DNA of 53,424 bases from Paracoccaceae bacterium (GCA_013214715.1 JABSSB010000002.1:1-53424); one strand, 5' to 3'. Counted from the stretch's first letter, positions 12,189-21,925 are shown. A program made the numbers and translations. The notes: a model not told the origin generated them from the sequence alone.

Positions 12189-12692
12189 ATGCTGTTGAGC
12201 CGCCGCGATGTTTTGCGAGGCCACTCTGTTCAGGCAGATCCGATCTACATGCGCCCATTTGGGGCCGACCCCGCCCGATTTGACGATCTATGCCGGGACT
12301 GCTCTGCCTGCCTGTCCGCCTGCCCGGAGGGCATCATCGTCACGGCCGCTGATGGCCGCGCGGCGGTCGATTTGCGCCGGGGCGCCTGCAACTTTTGTCA
12401 GGCCTGCGCACAGGCCTGCCCGACTGGCGCATTGCGCGACGATAACCAAACATGGGACTGGCATGCGCGGATCGACACCCAATGCCTGTCGATACAGGGC
12501 ATCAGCTGCCGCGCCTGTCAGGATGTCTGTGAACCGCGCGCGATTTCTTTCAGACTGGCCACCGCCGGGCGGGCCATGCCCCAGCTTGAGCTGGACAGCT
12601 GCACCGGCTGCGGCGCCTGCGCGGGCGCTTGCCCGGCCGATGCCATTCGATTTGATCACCGACCCCAGAAAGAAGAAGAGGCCGCCGGATGA
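12189..12692 (+). CDS. napF: ferredoxin-type protein NapF
   Basis: ORF 12147..12692 trimmed to MLLSRRDVLRG. Carries several CxxCxxCxxxCP motifs (CSACLSACP, CNFCQACAQACP, CTGCGACAGACP) and lies immediately upstream of napD-napA. Confidence 0.8.
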   Translation: MLLSRRDVLRGHSVQADPIYMRPFGADPARFDDLCRDCSACLSACPEGIIVTAADGRAAVDLRRGACNFCQACAQACPTGALRDDNQTWDWHARIDTQCLSIQGISCRACQDVCEPRAISFRLATAGRAMPQLELDSCTGCGACAGACPADAIRFDHRPQKEEEAAG

Positions 12693-12961
12693 ATATTTGT
12701 GGATGCCTGGTGCATGTCGCCCCACGCTATGCCGATGCCGCCGCAGCGGATATGGCCGCCCGTGACGGGGTGGAGGTGCATGCCCGCAGCGAAGACAGCC
12801 GCTTTGTTGTCGTTGTCGAGGACACGCCCCAGCGCATGGCGTCCGAGGCGATCATGGATCTGCATCAGATCCCCGGCGTCGTGTCCCTGACGCTGACCTA
12901 TCACCATTTCGAGCAGCTGCCCGAAAGCGCTGCCCGCCAACCTTCCATGCCAGCCACGTAA
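12689..12961 (+). CDS. napD: NapD chaperone
   Basis: 90 aa. MNICGCLVHV...IPGVVSLTLTYHHFE is typical of NapD. 4-nt overlap with napF, directly before napA. Confidence 0.85.
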   Translation: MNICGCLVHVAPRYADAAAADMAARDGVEVHARSEDSRFVVVVEDTPQRMASEAIMDLHQIPGVVSLTLTYHHFEQLPESAARQPSMPAT

Positions 12962-12976
12962 TCCGGAGCAAGCATC

Positions 12977-15472
12977 ATGACCATCAGCGAAACACGCCGG
13001 ACATTTCTCAAGGCTTCTGCCGCAACGGCCACCGCCTCGGCCGCGGGAATTCCGCTGGCGACGGGACAGGCCACCGCCGCGATCCAGACGCCAGATATCA
13101 GCTGGGACAAAGCGCCCTGCCGGTTCTGCGGCACGGGGTGTTCCGTGCTTGTGGGCACCAAGGAAGGCCGCGTTGTGGCCACGCAGGGCGACCCGGACGC
13201 GGAGGTGAACCGGGGCCTGAACTGCATCAAGGGCTATTTCCTGTCCAAGATCATGTATGGCGAAGACCGTCTGAAAACGCCGCTCTTGCGCAAGACGAAC
13301 GGTGTCTATGACAAGAACGGTGAGTTCGAGCCTGTGAGCTGGGACGAAGCCTTCGACGTGATGGCCGCCAAGTGGAAAGAGGCGTTGGCCGCCAAAGGGC
13401 CGACCAGCGTTGGCATGTTTGGCTCGGGTCAGTGGACGGTCTGGGAAGGCTACGCCGCCGCCAAGCTGATGAAGGCCGGGTTCCGGTCGAACAATATCGA
13501 CCCCAACGCGCGACATTGCATGGCGTCGGCCGTGATGGGGTTCATGCGCACCTTCGGCATCGACGAGCCGATGGGCTGTTATGATGATTTCGAGGCGGCG
13601 GATACGTTCGTGCTCTGGGGCTCGAACATGGCCGAGATGCACCCGATCCTGTGGTCGCGCCTGACGGATACGCGCCTGACCAAGCCCGGCGCGCAGGTCC
13701 ATGTGCTGTCCACCTATCAGCATCGGTCCTTCGAGCTGGCCGATAATGGCATGGTGTTCAAGCCGCAGACCGATCTGGCGATCCTGAATTATATCGCGAA
13801 TTACATCGTCTCAAACGGCTATGTGAACGAAGACTTCATGGCCAAGCATGTGAACATCACGCGGACCGAGACCGATATCGGCTATGGCCTGCGCCCGGAA
13901 AACCCGCTGCAGGAGTCCGCGGCCCATCCCGATAGCGGGGATCTGACCCCGATCGACATGGATGAATACGCCGCCTCGGTTGCGGAATATACGGTTGAAA
14001 TGGTGTCCGAGCTGTCCGGCGTTCCCGCCGAGCAGTTGGAAAAACTGGCCGAGCAATATGCCGACCCCAATCGCAAGGTGATGAGCCTGTGGACGATGGG
14101 CTTCAACCAGCATACGCGCGGCTCCTGGGTGAATTCGCTGTGCTACAACGTGCATCTGCTGACTGGCAAAATCTCGGAACCCGGCAATTCACCTTTCTCG
14201 CTGACCGGGCAGCCCTCGGCCTGCGGCACCGCGCGTGAGGTCGGCACATTCAGCCACCGCCTGCCTGCGGATCTGGTCGTCAACAACCCCAAGCATCGCG
14301 AGATTGCCGAAGGCATCTGGAAAGTGCCGCCCGGCACCATCCCCGAAAAGCCTGGCTTCCACGCTGTCTTGCAGAACCGGATGCTGAAAGATGGCGTGCT
14401 GAACGCCTATTGGGTGCAGTGCAACAACAACATGCAGGCCGCGCCGAACCTGAACGAGGAAAGCTGGCCCGGCTATCGCAACCCCGAAAACTTTGTCGCT
14501 GTGTCAGACCCGTATCCGACCGTGACAGCGATTGCCGCCGATCTGATCCTGCCAACGGCGATGTGGGTTGAGAAGGAAGGCGCCTATGGCAATGCCGAAC
14601 GTCGCACGCAGTTCTGGCGTCAGCAGGTGCATGCCCCCGGCGAGGCGAAGTCGGATCTGTGGCAGCTGATGGAATTCTCCAAACGTTTCACCGTTGAAGA
14701 AGCCTGGGGCAATGCGTTCGCCAATGCTAATCCGGAATACAAAGGCAAGACACTGTTCGACGTCCTCTATGGCAATGGACAGGTGAACCAGTTCCCGCTG
14801 GCCGACATGCAGGAAGGTCACCCGAATGACGATGCCGAGCATTTCGGCTTCTATGTTCAGAAGGGTCTGTTTGAAGAATACGCAACATTTGGCCGTGGAC
14901 ACGGGCATGATCTCGCGCCGTTTGAATCCTACCATCAGGCGCGGGGCCTGCGCTGGCCCGTGGTGGACGGGAAAGAAACGCGTTACCGCTTCCGTGAAGG
15001 CTATGATCCTTTTGTCGAAGCGGGCAGCGAAGTACAGTTCTATGGCCATCAGGACAAGAAGGCCAAGATTATCTTTGCGCCCTATGAGCCGCCCGCCGAA
15101 AGCCCTGATGACGAATTTGACCTGTGGCTTTGCACCGGTCGTGTGCTGGAGCATTGGCATTCCGGCTCGATGACGCGGCGTGTGCCCGAATTGCACCGCG
15201 CTTTCCCGATGGCGGTGGTGTTCATGCACCGGGCCGATGCCGAAAAGCGCGGGCTGCGCAATGGGCAGGAGATCGTGATCTCCACCCGGCGTGGCGAGAT
15301 GCGGTCAAAATTGTCGACGCGTGGCCGCAACAAGGTGCCAGAAGGTCTGGTTTTTGTGCCTTGGTTCGATGAAGGCCAGCTGATCAACAAGCTGACGATG
15401 GATGCGACCTGCCCGCTGTCGAAACAGACCGACTTCAAGAAATGCGCCTGCAAGGTCGAGCGCACCGCCTAA
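12977..15472 (+). CDS. napA: periplasmic nitrate reductase catalytic subunit
   Basis: 831 aa. Tat leader [16 protein letters not shown]-terminal 4Fe-4S motif [12 protein letters not shown] and molybdopterin oxidoreductase body. Confidence 0.97.
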   Translation: MTISETRRTFLKASAATATASAAGIPLATGQATAAIQTPDISWDKAPCRFCGTGCSVLVGTKEGRVVATQGDPDAEVNRGLNCIKGYFLSKIMYGEDRLKTPLLRKTNGVYDKNGEFEPVSWDEAFDVMAAKWKEALAAKGPTSVGMFGSGQWTVWEGYAAAKLMKAGFRSNNIDPNARHCMASAVMGFMRTFGIDEPMGCYDDFEAADTFVLWGSNMAEMHPILWSRLTDTRLTKPGAQVHVLSTYQHRSFELADNGMVFKPQTDLAILNYIANYIVSNGYVNEDFMAKHVNITRTETDIGYGLRPENPLQESAAHPDSGDLTPIDMDEYAASVAEYTVEMVSELSGVPAEQLEKLAEQYADPNRKVMSLWTMGFNQHTRGSWVNSLCYNVHLLTGKISEPGNSPFSLTGQPSACGTAREVGTFSHRLPADLVVNNPKHREIAEGIWKVPPGTIPEKPGFHAVLQNRMLKDGVLNAYWVQCNNNMQAAPNLNEESWPGYRNPENFVAVSDPYPTVTAIAADLILPTAMWVEKEGAYGNAERRTQFWRQQVHAPGEAKSDLWQLMEFSKRFTVEEAWGNAFANANPEYKGKTLFDVLYGNGQVNQFPLADMQEGHPNDDAEHFGFYVQKGLFEEYATFGRGHGHDLAPFESYHQARGLRWPVVDGKETRYRFREGYDPFVEAGSEVQFYGHQDKKAKIIFAPYEPPAESPDDEFDLWLCTGRVLEHWHSGSMTRRVPELHRAFPMAVVFMHRADAEKRGLRNGQEIVISTRRGEMRSKLSTRGRNKVPEGLVFVPWFDEGQLINKLTMDATCPLSKQTDFKKCACKVERTA

Positions 15473-15505
15473 CCCCAACCGCACAGCCAGGCCCGGAGCC
15501 ACGCC

Positions 15506-16741
15506 ATGCCCCTGTCAACGCTTTCCCCAGCCCGCCGCCGGTTTTTGACCGATGGCGCCCGCATGGCGGAAAGCTTTGCGGTGGCCGGTCTGGGCCTGAG
15601 CTATGTTGCGCGGGACGCCCGTGCGCTTCCAGTCAACGCACTGCGCCCCCCAGGCGCGGTGGATGAAGGCCGGTGTCTCGCGTCTTGCATTCACTGTGGT
15701 CCTTGCCTGCGGGATTGCCCGTTTGATACTCTCACGCTGGCCGAACTGGGCGAAGACGGCCCGGTGACCGGCACGTCCTATTTCACCGCCCGCGATGTGC
15801 CCTGCGAGATGTGCGATGACATCCCCTGCGTCGCGGCCTGCCTGACCGGAGCCTTGGATCCGGGCCTCGATGACATAGACAATGCGCGGATGGGCACCGC
15901 CGTACTGGCGGATCGGGAAAACTGTCTGACCTTCCTCGGGTTGCGCTGCGACCTGTGTTATCGGGTCTGCCCGTCGATCGATAAGGCGATCACGCTGGAG
16001 CTGTCGCATAACACCCGCACCGACGCCCACGCGATTTTCGAACCCACCGGGCATTGGCCCGCGCTGACAGCGCTGATCGGGGCGGGCATCGTGCTGGCAG
16101 CCTATGTGCTGATCGCGGGGCGGATGTATTGTTCATGGGTCTGCCCGATCAACCCGGTCACGGATGCGGCGCATTTCCTGCATCGCAAGCTGGATCTGCC
16201 CAAAGGTTGGCAGCCCAAACGCGAGGCGCGGTTGTGGATCATGGGGGCCGTTCTGGTCGTATCCTTTGTCACGGGCACCATCGTTTGGGAGGTCGTCAGC
16301 CCGATCACGCTGCTGCATCGCGGGCTGATCTTTGGCATGGGCGCGGTTTGGGCGCTGGTGCTGGGGATCTTCCTCTTTGATCTGGTCGTCTCGCGGCCGG
16401 GCCGGTGTGGCCATATCTGCCCGGTTGGGGCGTTTTATGGCCTTATCGGTCAGAAAAGCCTGCTGCGGGTTAGTGCCGCCAATCGCGCGGCCTGCGATGA
16501 TCGCGCGGCCTGCGATGATCGCATGGATTGTTATGCCATCTGCCCCGAGCTTCAGGCGATCTCTCCGGCGTTGCGCGGCAAGGGTGATGGCACGCCGCTG
16601 ATCCTGGACAGTAACGGCACCAATTGCGGCGGATGTATCGATATCTGCGCGCAGAATGTCTTTCACTTTACCCATCGGTTCGACGACCAGATCGCCGCGC
16701 CGGAGATCACATCCGCGCCCGAACAGAGCGCCGCAAGATAG
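15506..16741 (+). CDS. NapG-NapH fusion protein (NapG-like about 15506-16048, NapH-like about 16049-16741)
   Basis: One 411-aa ORF. The N-terminal part has a Tat leader (ARRRFL) and NapG ferredoxin motifs CIHCGPCLRDCP, CEMCDDIPCVAAC and CLTFLGLRCDLCYRVCP. The C-terminal part has three hydrophobic helices, the NapH CxxxCP motifs (CSWVCP, CGHICP) and degenerate C-terminal Fe-S motifs. Confidence 0.8.
   Translation: MPLSTLSPARRRFLTDGARMAESFAVAGLGLSYVARDARALPVNALRPPGAVDEGRCLASCIHCGPCLRDCPFDTLTLAELGEDGPVTGTSYFTARDVPCEMCDDIPCVAACLTGALDPGLDDIDNARMGTAVLADRENCLTFLGLRCDLCYRVCPSIDKAITLELSHNTRTDAHAIFEPTGHWPALTALIGAGIVLAAYVLIAGRMYCSWVCPINPVTDAAHFLHRKLDLPKGWQPKREARLWIMGAVLVVSFVTGTIVWEVVSPITLLHRGLIFGMGAVWALVLGIFLFDLVVSRPGRCGHICPVGAFYGLIGQKSLLRVSAANRAACDDRAACDDRMDCYAICPELQAISPALRGKGDGTPLILDSNGTNCGGCIDICAQNVFHFTHRFDDQIAAPEITSAPEQSAAR
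16483..16518 (+). repeat. perfect 18-bp tandem duplication inside the NapH-like coding region
   Basis: TCGCGCGGCCTGCGATGA at 16483-16500 is repeated exactly at 16501-16518. It is in frame and duplicates RAACDD. Confidence 0.95.
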
Positions 16742-16762
16742 ACCCATGAAGGAGTTGATCCG

Positions 16763-17206
16763 ATGAAAAAACTGGTTTTCGCGGGTATCACCGCCCTTGT
16801 GACCGTGTTGACGCTTGGCAGTTTTGTATTGGCGCAAGAGGTGCAGATGATGCGCAGCACGCCAATTGACGCCGACAACCGGCTGGGCGCGGATTTCAAA
16901 TGGGAAGGCAAGGAAGGCCGGATGCAGCGGAATTACCGCCAGCAACCGCCCCTGGTCCCGCATTCGATCGCGCAATATCAGATCGACACGCGGGTCAACC
17001 AGTGCCTCGGCTGCCATGACTGGACCAAGGCGGGCGCGCGTGGCGCACCGACCTTGTCGATGACGCATTACCTCGACCGGGAGGGCAATGAGCTCGATCA
17101 CATCGCGGGCACGCGGTTTTTCTGCAACCAGTGCCATGTGCCGCAGGCCGATGTATCGCCGCTGGTTCCCAATGTGTTCGAGGCGTCTTCGCCGATTGAG
17201 AACTGA
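16763..17206 (+). CDS. napB: NapB dihaem cytochrome c
   Basis: 147 aa. Signal peptide, two CxxCH motifs (CLGCH, CNQCH), GAAGGAG RBS. Confidence 0.9.
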   Translation: MKKLVFAGITALVTVLTLGSFVLAQEVQMMRSTPIDADNRLGADFKWEGKEGRMQRNYRQQPPLVPHSIAQYQIDTRVNQCLGCHDWTKAGARGAPTLSMTHYLDREGNELDHIAGTRFFCNQCHVPQADVSPLVPNVFEASSPIEN

Positions 17207-17231
17207 TCCGATTTCCTAGGAGGCATCTGAC

Positions 17232-17948
17232 ATGGCCGATGACAATAACAAGCGCCGCGGTCTGCTTGGGCTGTGGGACTGGTTCTGGGCGCCGACCGCC
17301 GTGCTGAGCATAGGGTTCGTCCTGCTGGCCGGGTTTCTGGGCGGCATCCTGTTCTGGGGTGGGTTTCACTGGACGCTGGAAATGACCAATACCGAAGAGT
17401 TCTGCGTCAGCTGTCACAGCATGGAAACCAATCTGGGCGAATATCGCGAGACCATCCATTACAACAACCATTCCGGCGTGCGCGCGATCTGTTCGGATTG
17501 CCATGTGCCCAAGGAATGGCAGCACAAGATCAAGGCCAAGGTGATGGCGGTCAAGGACGTCTATCACGAGGCCGTTGGCACCATCGACACGGCCGAAAAA
17601 TACGAATCGCACCGCCTGCATATGGCCGAGGCCGTCTGGCGCAAGATGAAAGCCTCGGATTCGCGGGAATGCCGGAACTGCCACAATTTCCAGTATATGG
17701 ACTTCACCATTCAGGAAACGCGTGCCGCGGCCGAACATCAGCGCGCGTTGGACAACAACATGACCTGTATCGACTGCCATCAGGGTATCGCGCATAGCCT
17801 GCCGGCCGGGCATCTGGACGCCTATAAAGCCTTGGTCGAAGAGATGGCCGCTGCCGAGACCGGCGAAAGCGGACCGGCGCTGCGCCAAAGCGGGATCGGC
17901 GTCGATCTTCAGCCTTTGCGCGACGTCTTGTCAGAGCGTGGCAACTGA
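17232..17948 (+). CDS. napC: NapC/NirT-family tetrahaem quinol dehydrogenase
   Basis: 238 aa. N-terminal membrane anchor and four CxxCH motifs (CVSCH, CSDCH, CRNCH, CIDCH). Confidence 0.92.
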   Translation: MADDNNKRRGLLGLWDWFWAPTAVLSIGFVLLAGFLGGILFWGGFHWTLEMTNTEEFCVSCHSMETNLGEYRETIHYNNHSGVRAICSDCHVPKEWQHKIKAKVMAVKDVYHEAVGTIDTAEKYESHRLHMAEAVWRKMKASDSRECRNCHNFQYMDFTIQETRAAAEHQRALDNNMTCIDCHQGIAHSLPAGHLDAYKALVEEMAAAETGESGPALRQSGIGVDLQPLRDVLSERGN

Positions 17949-18007
17949 TCACATCGGCGCATCGGCACCCATGTCGATGCGCGTCAGGAATAGAAGGACA
18001 CTGAAAA

Positions 18008-18274
18008 ATGCTGACCATTCTCGACCTTCTGGGCACCATCGGGGGCAATGTGCTGAGCTTGCCCGGCATTCTGGGGCTCGCTTTGGGGATGATGACCCGC
18101 CGCCTGCCGCTGGGCGCGGCGCTGGGCGGTGGTGTCGGGATCTTTGAAACGCTGGTCTTTGCCGGGTTTCAGCTGCAAGCGATCGAACCGCTTGAGTTGA
18201 TCGTGGCGGTGGTGGTCGGCGTTATGGCCGGGTCTGTCGGCACGTTGATCCGGCAAAAGGGCGCGACGGTCTGA
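18008..18274 (+). CDS. hypothetical small membrane protein
   Basis: 88-aa ORF, Gly/Ala/Leu-rich with 2-3 predicted TM helices, AAGGA upstream. No family recognised. Confidence 0.4.
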   Translation: MLTILDLLGTIGGNVLSLPGILGLALGMMTRRLPLGAALGGGVGIFETLVFAGFQLQAIEPLELIVAVVVGVMAGSVGTLIRQKGATV

Positions 18275-18291
18275 CCGCGCGCCCTGACAAG

Positions 18292-19446
18292 TCAGGCGGT
18301 ATGATCGACCACTTGCAGATGCTGTGCCAGTGTGTCGATTTCAGACATCCAGGCGATCACGAGTGCAGGGTCTGACGGTGCGGCGTGCACGCCCGCCGGG
18401 ATCCGACGCGCCAGCACGGCCTCGACGGCCAATGACACGGGAACAGAGACCAGCCGCGCCATCGCGGTGCCGCGCGCATCGCCCCAGGCATCCATGACAT
18501 AGGTCTGATGCCAGACCTCTTGCCCGTCCTTTTCGGCCTTGAGACCGACGCAAAGGACAACGCGGTCAGGCTCACCCTCGTCATAGGCATTATCAGTCCA
18601 GAACTGATCGGACATGTCTTTCAGGCGCGCCTCTCCGGCCGCACCTTCGAGTGTTTCAATCTCGGCAAAGACGTCCTTCCACGCGTCCGCCCAGCCGTTC
18701 AGGCGCAAGGTACCTCGGACGAAGTCCTTGACGGTCCAATGCGGTTCAAACCCGTATTCGGCCATGAAGGGCAGGCTGTCGCGGTTTGGGTAGACCTCAA
18801 AGGTTTCGGGGGTTGGTAGCGGAGCGCCATAGCTTGAAATTGCGTCCCAGGGGCGGGACACGGTGAGTTCGGTGTAATTGCGCAGAGATTTCGAGGGCGA
18901 TCGCAGCGCCTTCAAAACGCCCAGCGGCGACCAGCTGAATTTGTAGCGGAACGGGTTGGGATGTTTCGGCACGCCGCCGCAATAAGAAATGAAGCTGAGA
19001 TGGTTGTCGGCATCAAACGCGTCCGAGGCACGATAGGCCGCCACAAGGTGATGCGCCATCAGGTGGTCGATGCCAGGGTCCAGCCCGACCTCATTGACCA
19101 GGGCTACGCCTGCCTCCTGCGCGGCGGGGTCAAGCGCGCGCATCTCGGGCGCGATGTAGGACGAGGACACGAAATGCGCGCCGCTTTGGATGGCCAGTTG
19201 GGCCAGTGGCACATGCCAGTCGCCGGGCAGCATCGACACCACGATATCGCCGGGGCCAAGCACATCGCCAAGCGCATCGATGTCAAAGGCCCGGATATCG
19301 CTGGTCAGATCGCCCACGGTCTCTTCGGCCTTGGCCGTGGTGCGATTCCAGACCGTGACCTTATGGCCGGCTTCGATCAGGCGGCGCAGGCCGGGAATGG
19401 CCGAAAGGCCGGTGCCGCACCAGTGGATGGTCGGGGATTGGGTCAT
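18292..19446 (-). CDS. saccharopine dehydrogenase, LYS9-like (L-glutamate-forming type)
   Basis: 384 aa. SSSYIAPEMRAL, NEVGLDPGIDHLMA, YCGGVPKHPNPFRYKFSWSPLGVLKALR and YPNRDS track yeast Lys9 as I remember it. Confidence 0.85.
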   Translation of the reverse strand: MTQSPTIHWCGTGLSAIPGLRRLIEAGHKVTVWNRTTAKAEETVGDLTSDIRAFDIDALGDVLGPGDIVVSMLPGDWHVPLAQLAIQSGAHFVSSSYIAPEMRALDPAAQEAGVALVNEVGLDPGIDHLMAHHLVAAYRASDAFDADNHLSFISYCGGVPKHPNPFRYKFSWSPLGVLKALRSPSKSLRNYTELTVSRPWDAISSYGAPLPTPETFEVYPNRDSLPFMAEYGFEPHWTVKDFVRGTLRLNGWADAWKDVFAEIETLEGAAGEARLKDMSDQFWTDNAYDEGEPDRVVLCVGLKAEKDGQEVWHQTYVMDAWGDARGTAMARLVSVPVSLAVEAVLARRIPAGVHAAPSDPALVIAWMSEIDTLAQHLQVVDHTA

Positions 19447-19601
19447 GGGCTCGCTCCAGTCATCGGTTTGGCCAAAGGTGTTTCACATCCGCTGGGGCGA
19501 GGGAAGAGGCTCCGCGACAGGATGTCCCGATGCGGTGGCTTGATTGGATAACGCGGTGTCGGGAGACTGACCGGGTCATGCGTTTGGGAAAGGGTCTGCC
19601 C

Positions 19602-20102
19602 ATGTTGCCAACGCCGAGAGGGTTTTCGCATATCGGCCTGTCTGTGCCGGATCTGGATGCGGCGGTGAAGTTCTATGCCGAGGTCATGGGGTTTTACACG
19701 ATCATGCCGCCGACGCTGATCGAAAAGGATGACAGCGATATCGGGGTGATGTGCTCGGATGTCTTCGGCCCGGATTGGACGCGGTTTCGCATCGCGCATA
19801 TGTCAACGGGCGATCGGATCGGGATCGAGCTGTTCGAGTTTCCCGATGGCTATGCGCCGGAAAACAATCTGGATCATCGCCGCCACGGCATCTTCCATTT
19901 CTGTGTACAGGACCCGGATGTGGAGGGGTTGACGGAAAAGATCGTCGCTGCCGGTGGCAAACAGCGAATGCCGGTGCGGATGTATTACCCCGACGACAAG
20001 CCCTATCGCATGGTCTATGTCGAGGATCCGTTTGGGATCGTGTTTGAGATTTACTCGCATGGCTACGAGCTGACCTATTCCGCCGGAGCCTATTCTGATT
20101 GA
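19602..20102 (+). CDS. VOC/glyoxalase-family protein
   Basis: ORF 19530..20102. FSHIGLSVPDLDAAVKFYAEVMGF is the VOC N-terminal motif. The start could be 19602 or 19578. Confidence 0.8.
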   Translation: MLPTPRGFSHIGLSVPDLDAAVKFYAEVMGFYTIMPPTLIEKDDSDIGVMCSDVFGPDWTRFRIAHMSTGDRIGIELFEFPDGYAPENNLDHRRHGIFHFCVQDPDVEGLTEKIVAAGGKQRMPVRMYYPDDKPYRMVYVEDPFGIVFEIYSHGYELTYSAGAYSD

Positions 20103-20160
20103 GCGCCGCTGGCGCGGCGCGGCCTCCGGCGGGGGTATTTTGTAAGCAAAGAAATTGAGG

Positions 20161-21219
20161 TCAGCCCAAAGCGGCGCTGTGGCGGGCGAACTCTGCCTTT
20201 GCGCGGCCCCAGACGCCGGTGCTGAGGTCGTCCAGCGTGCGCAGGGATGGCAGGAGCTGGTCGGCGTAGTCTTCGGAGCTTTCGACCGGCAGCATCGAGG
20301 GCAGGTTGTCGATGGCGGTGACATCTAGAGGTGGGGTGTCATGGACGCGCAGGGCGGGGTCGTGCCAGTCGGTCACCCGGTCATAGATTTTGATCGGAGA
20401 GAAATCACTGGTCGGGTCGCAGGCAATGTCTCCGATCACGCCAAGGCGGCGCGGCGCTGTTTTGGCTGAGGCCGGGACAAAGACCGGCGTTCCCGGGCGC
20501 GCGAGGATGCAGTTGAGAAAGATGTCATGGGCGAGCACCTCGGGGAAGGGCCCGCCATGGGCGGTTTCCGCCATGTCCCATTTGGTGACCGGCACGCCCA
20601 TCGCGCGGCAAAGGTCGGATGCGCCCGTGCCCACGCGACCCAGTGCACCTATCACGATGGCTGTGGGCCGTTGAGCGCCGATGGCGACGAGTTCTGATTG
20701 CAGATCAAGCTGGAGATGTGCGGCGCTGTCCTGCACGCCGACGGGGCCGCAGATCGTGCCGCGTTGCTGGGCGGCCCAGCATTTCAGGGCTACCGCCGCC
20801 CCGGCATAGCCCGCCCAATAGCCAAAGGCGGCGACGCGACGGCCTGCCTCATCCACCAGATATTCGAGATCATAGAGCGTGCCGCCGCCCGCGCGGAAGC
20901 GGCGCAGAAGCTCCTGTCCGGCGGGTTGGCCTTTATAGGCATGGCCGAACATGATGTGGCGATGGGTGAGCGGGGTGCCGTCTTCGGGCAGTTCCTTTAG
21001 GCCGAAGATGATGGCGTCTTCGGGAGCCTGACGCCAGCTGCCTTCCGCGGCGGTCGCGCAGCCTGCTGCCACGAACCCATCCATTGGCATGGCGCGTTGC
21101 GTGCTGTTTTCGACAGTCACCGAGAACCCGGCGCGCAACAGCTCTGCCGCGCCTTGCGGCGTGAGGCCCACGCGCTGTTCATTGTGGCGTTCTTCGGCCC
21201 GGACCCAGAGATGTGTCAT
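20161..21219 (-). CDS. saccharopine dehydrogenase, LYS1-like (L-lysine-forming) / lysine-oxoglutarate reductase
   Basis: 352 aa. LWVRAEERHNEQRVGLTP, GLKELPEDG, GGTLYDLEYLVDEAGRRVAAFGYWAGYAGAA and IIGALGRVGTGA track yeast Lys1 as I remember it. Confidence 0.85.
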   Translation of the reverse strand: MTHLWVRAEERHNEQRVGLTPQGAAELLRAGFSVTVENSTQRAMPMDGFVAAGCATAAEGSWRQAPEDAIIFGLKELPEDGTPLTHRHIMFGHAYKGQPAGQELLRRFRAGGGTLYDLEYLVDEAGRRVAAFGYWAGYAGAAVALKCWAAQQRGTICGPVGVQDSAAHLQLDLQSELVAIGAQRPTAIVIGALGRVGTGASDLCRAMGVPVTKWDMAETAHGGPFPEVLAHDIFLNCILARPGTPVFVPASAKTAPRRLGVIGDIACDPTSDFSPIKIYDRVTDWHDPALRVHDTPPLDVTAIDNLPSMLPVESSEDYADQLLPSLRTLDDLSTGVWGRAKAEFARHSAALG

Positions 21220-21281
21220 GTTGCAGCCCCCGTGATGCGTCGCATGTGCTTAGGCCGGGGGCGCGAGGGCTGCAAGCGGGA

Positions 21282-21908
21282 TCAGCCGAGGTTGGGCAGC
21301 ATCCCGTCGGCGATGGCTTTTTGCACAGACGGCCGCGCCTGCATCTGCGCCATGAAGGCGCGGATTTTGGGGAAGGGGGTCAGATCGACCTCATCGCCCG
21401 GCAGCCAGTTGCAGACGGTGAAAAGATAGGGGTCGGCCAAGGACGGCGTATTGCCCAGAACAAAGGGGCCGCGCAGGCAGTTGGCTTCGACAAAGGCGGC
21501 GGATTCGGCCATGGTTTGCGGAACTTTGGCGGTCATGTCCTGCCAGCTGGCCTTGTTGTCCGCCCAGCGGTAGCCGCGCATCTTGTGGGCGTGGTTCACA
21601 TGCATGGTTGAGGCGAGGTAATACATCACCTCGCGCATCCGCGCGGCCATGACCGGATCATCCGGGACCAGCCCCGCCTGCGGCGCGCGGGCGGCGACAT
21701 AGTCCAGAAGCGCGCCGGTTTCCGTCAGGATGCCGCCATCCACCACCAGCGCGGGCACGCGGCCTTTGGGGTTGATCGCATGATAGGCGGGTTTGGTCTG
21801 CTCGCCGCTGGCGAAATCGACATTGATCGCCTCATAGGCCAGCCCGGCTTCGTTCAGGGCGATGGCGGTGGCGATCGAAATGGTGCCGGGGGCATAATAA
21901 AGTTGCAT
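21282..21908 (-). CDS. glutathione S-transferase
   Basis: C-terminal 208 aa of ORF 21282..22475, starting MQLYYAPGTISIATAIALNEAGL...INPKGRVPALV (GST N-domain). The longer upstream extension is Arg/Gly/Pro-rich and was discarded. Confidence 0.9.
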   Translation of the reverse strand: MQLYYAPGTISIATAIALNEAGLAYEAINVDFASGEQTKPAYHAINPKGRVPALVVDGGILTETGALLDYVAARAPQAGLVPDDPVMAARMREVMYYLASTMHVNHAHKMRGYRWADNKASWQDMTAKVPQTMAESAAFVEANCLRGPFVLGNTPSLADPYLFTVCNWLPGDEVDLTPFPKIRAFMAQMQARPSVQKAIADGMLPNLG

Positions 21909-21925
21909 GAGATTTCCTTCAGCCG

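Noticed and set aside
17957-17982. GCGCATCG-N10-CGATGCGC hairpin after napC
   Set aside because: An 8-bp stem with a large loop and no T-run. Plausible, but not strong enough to list as a terminator.
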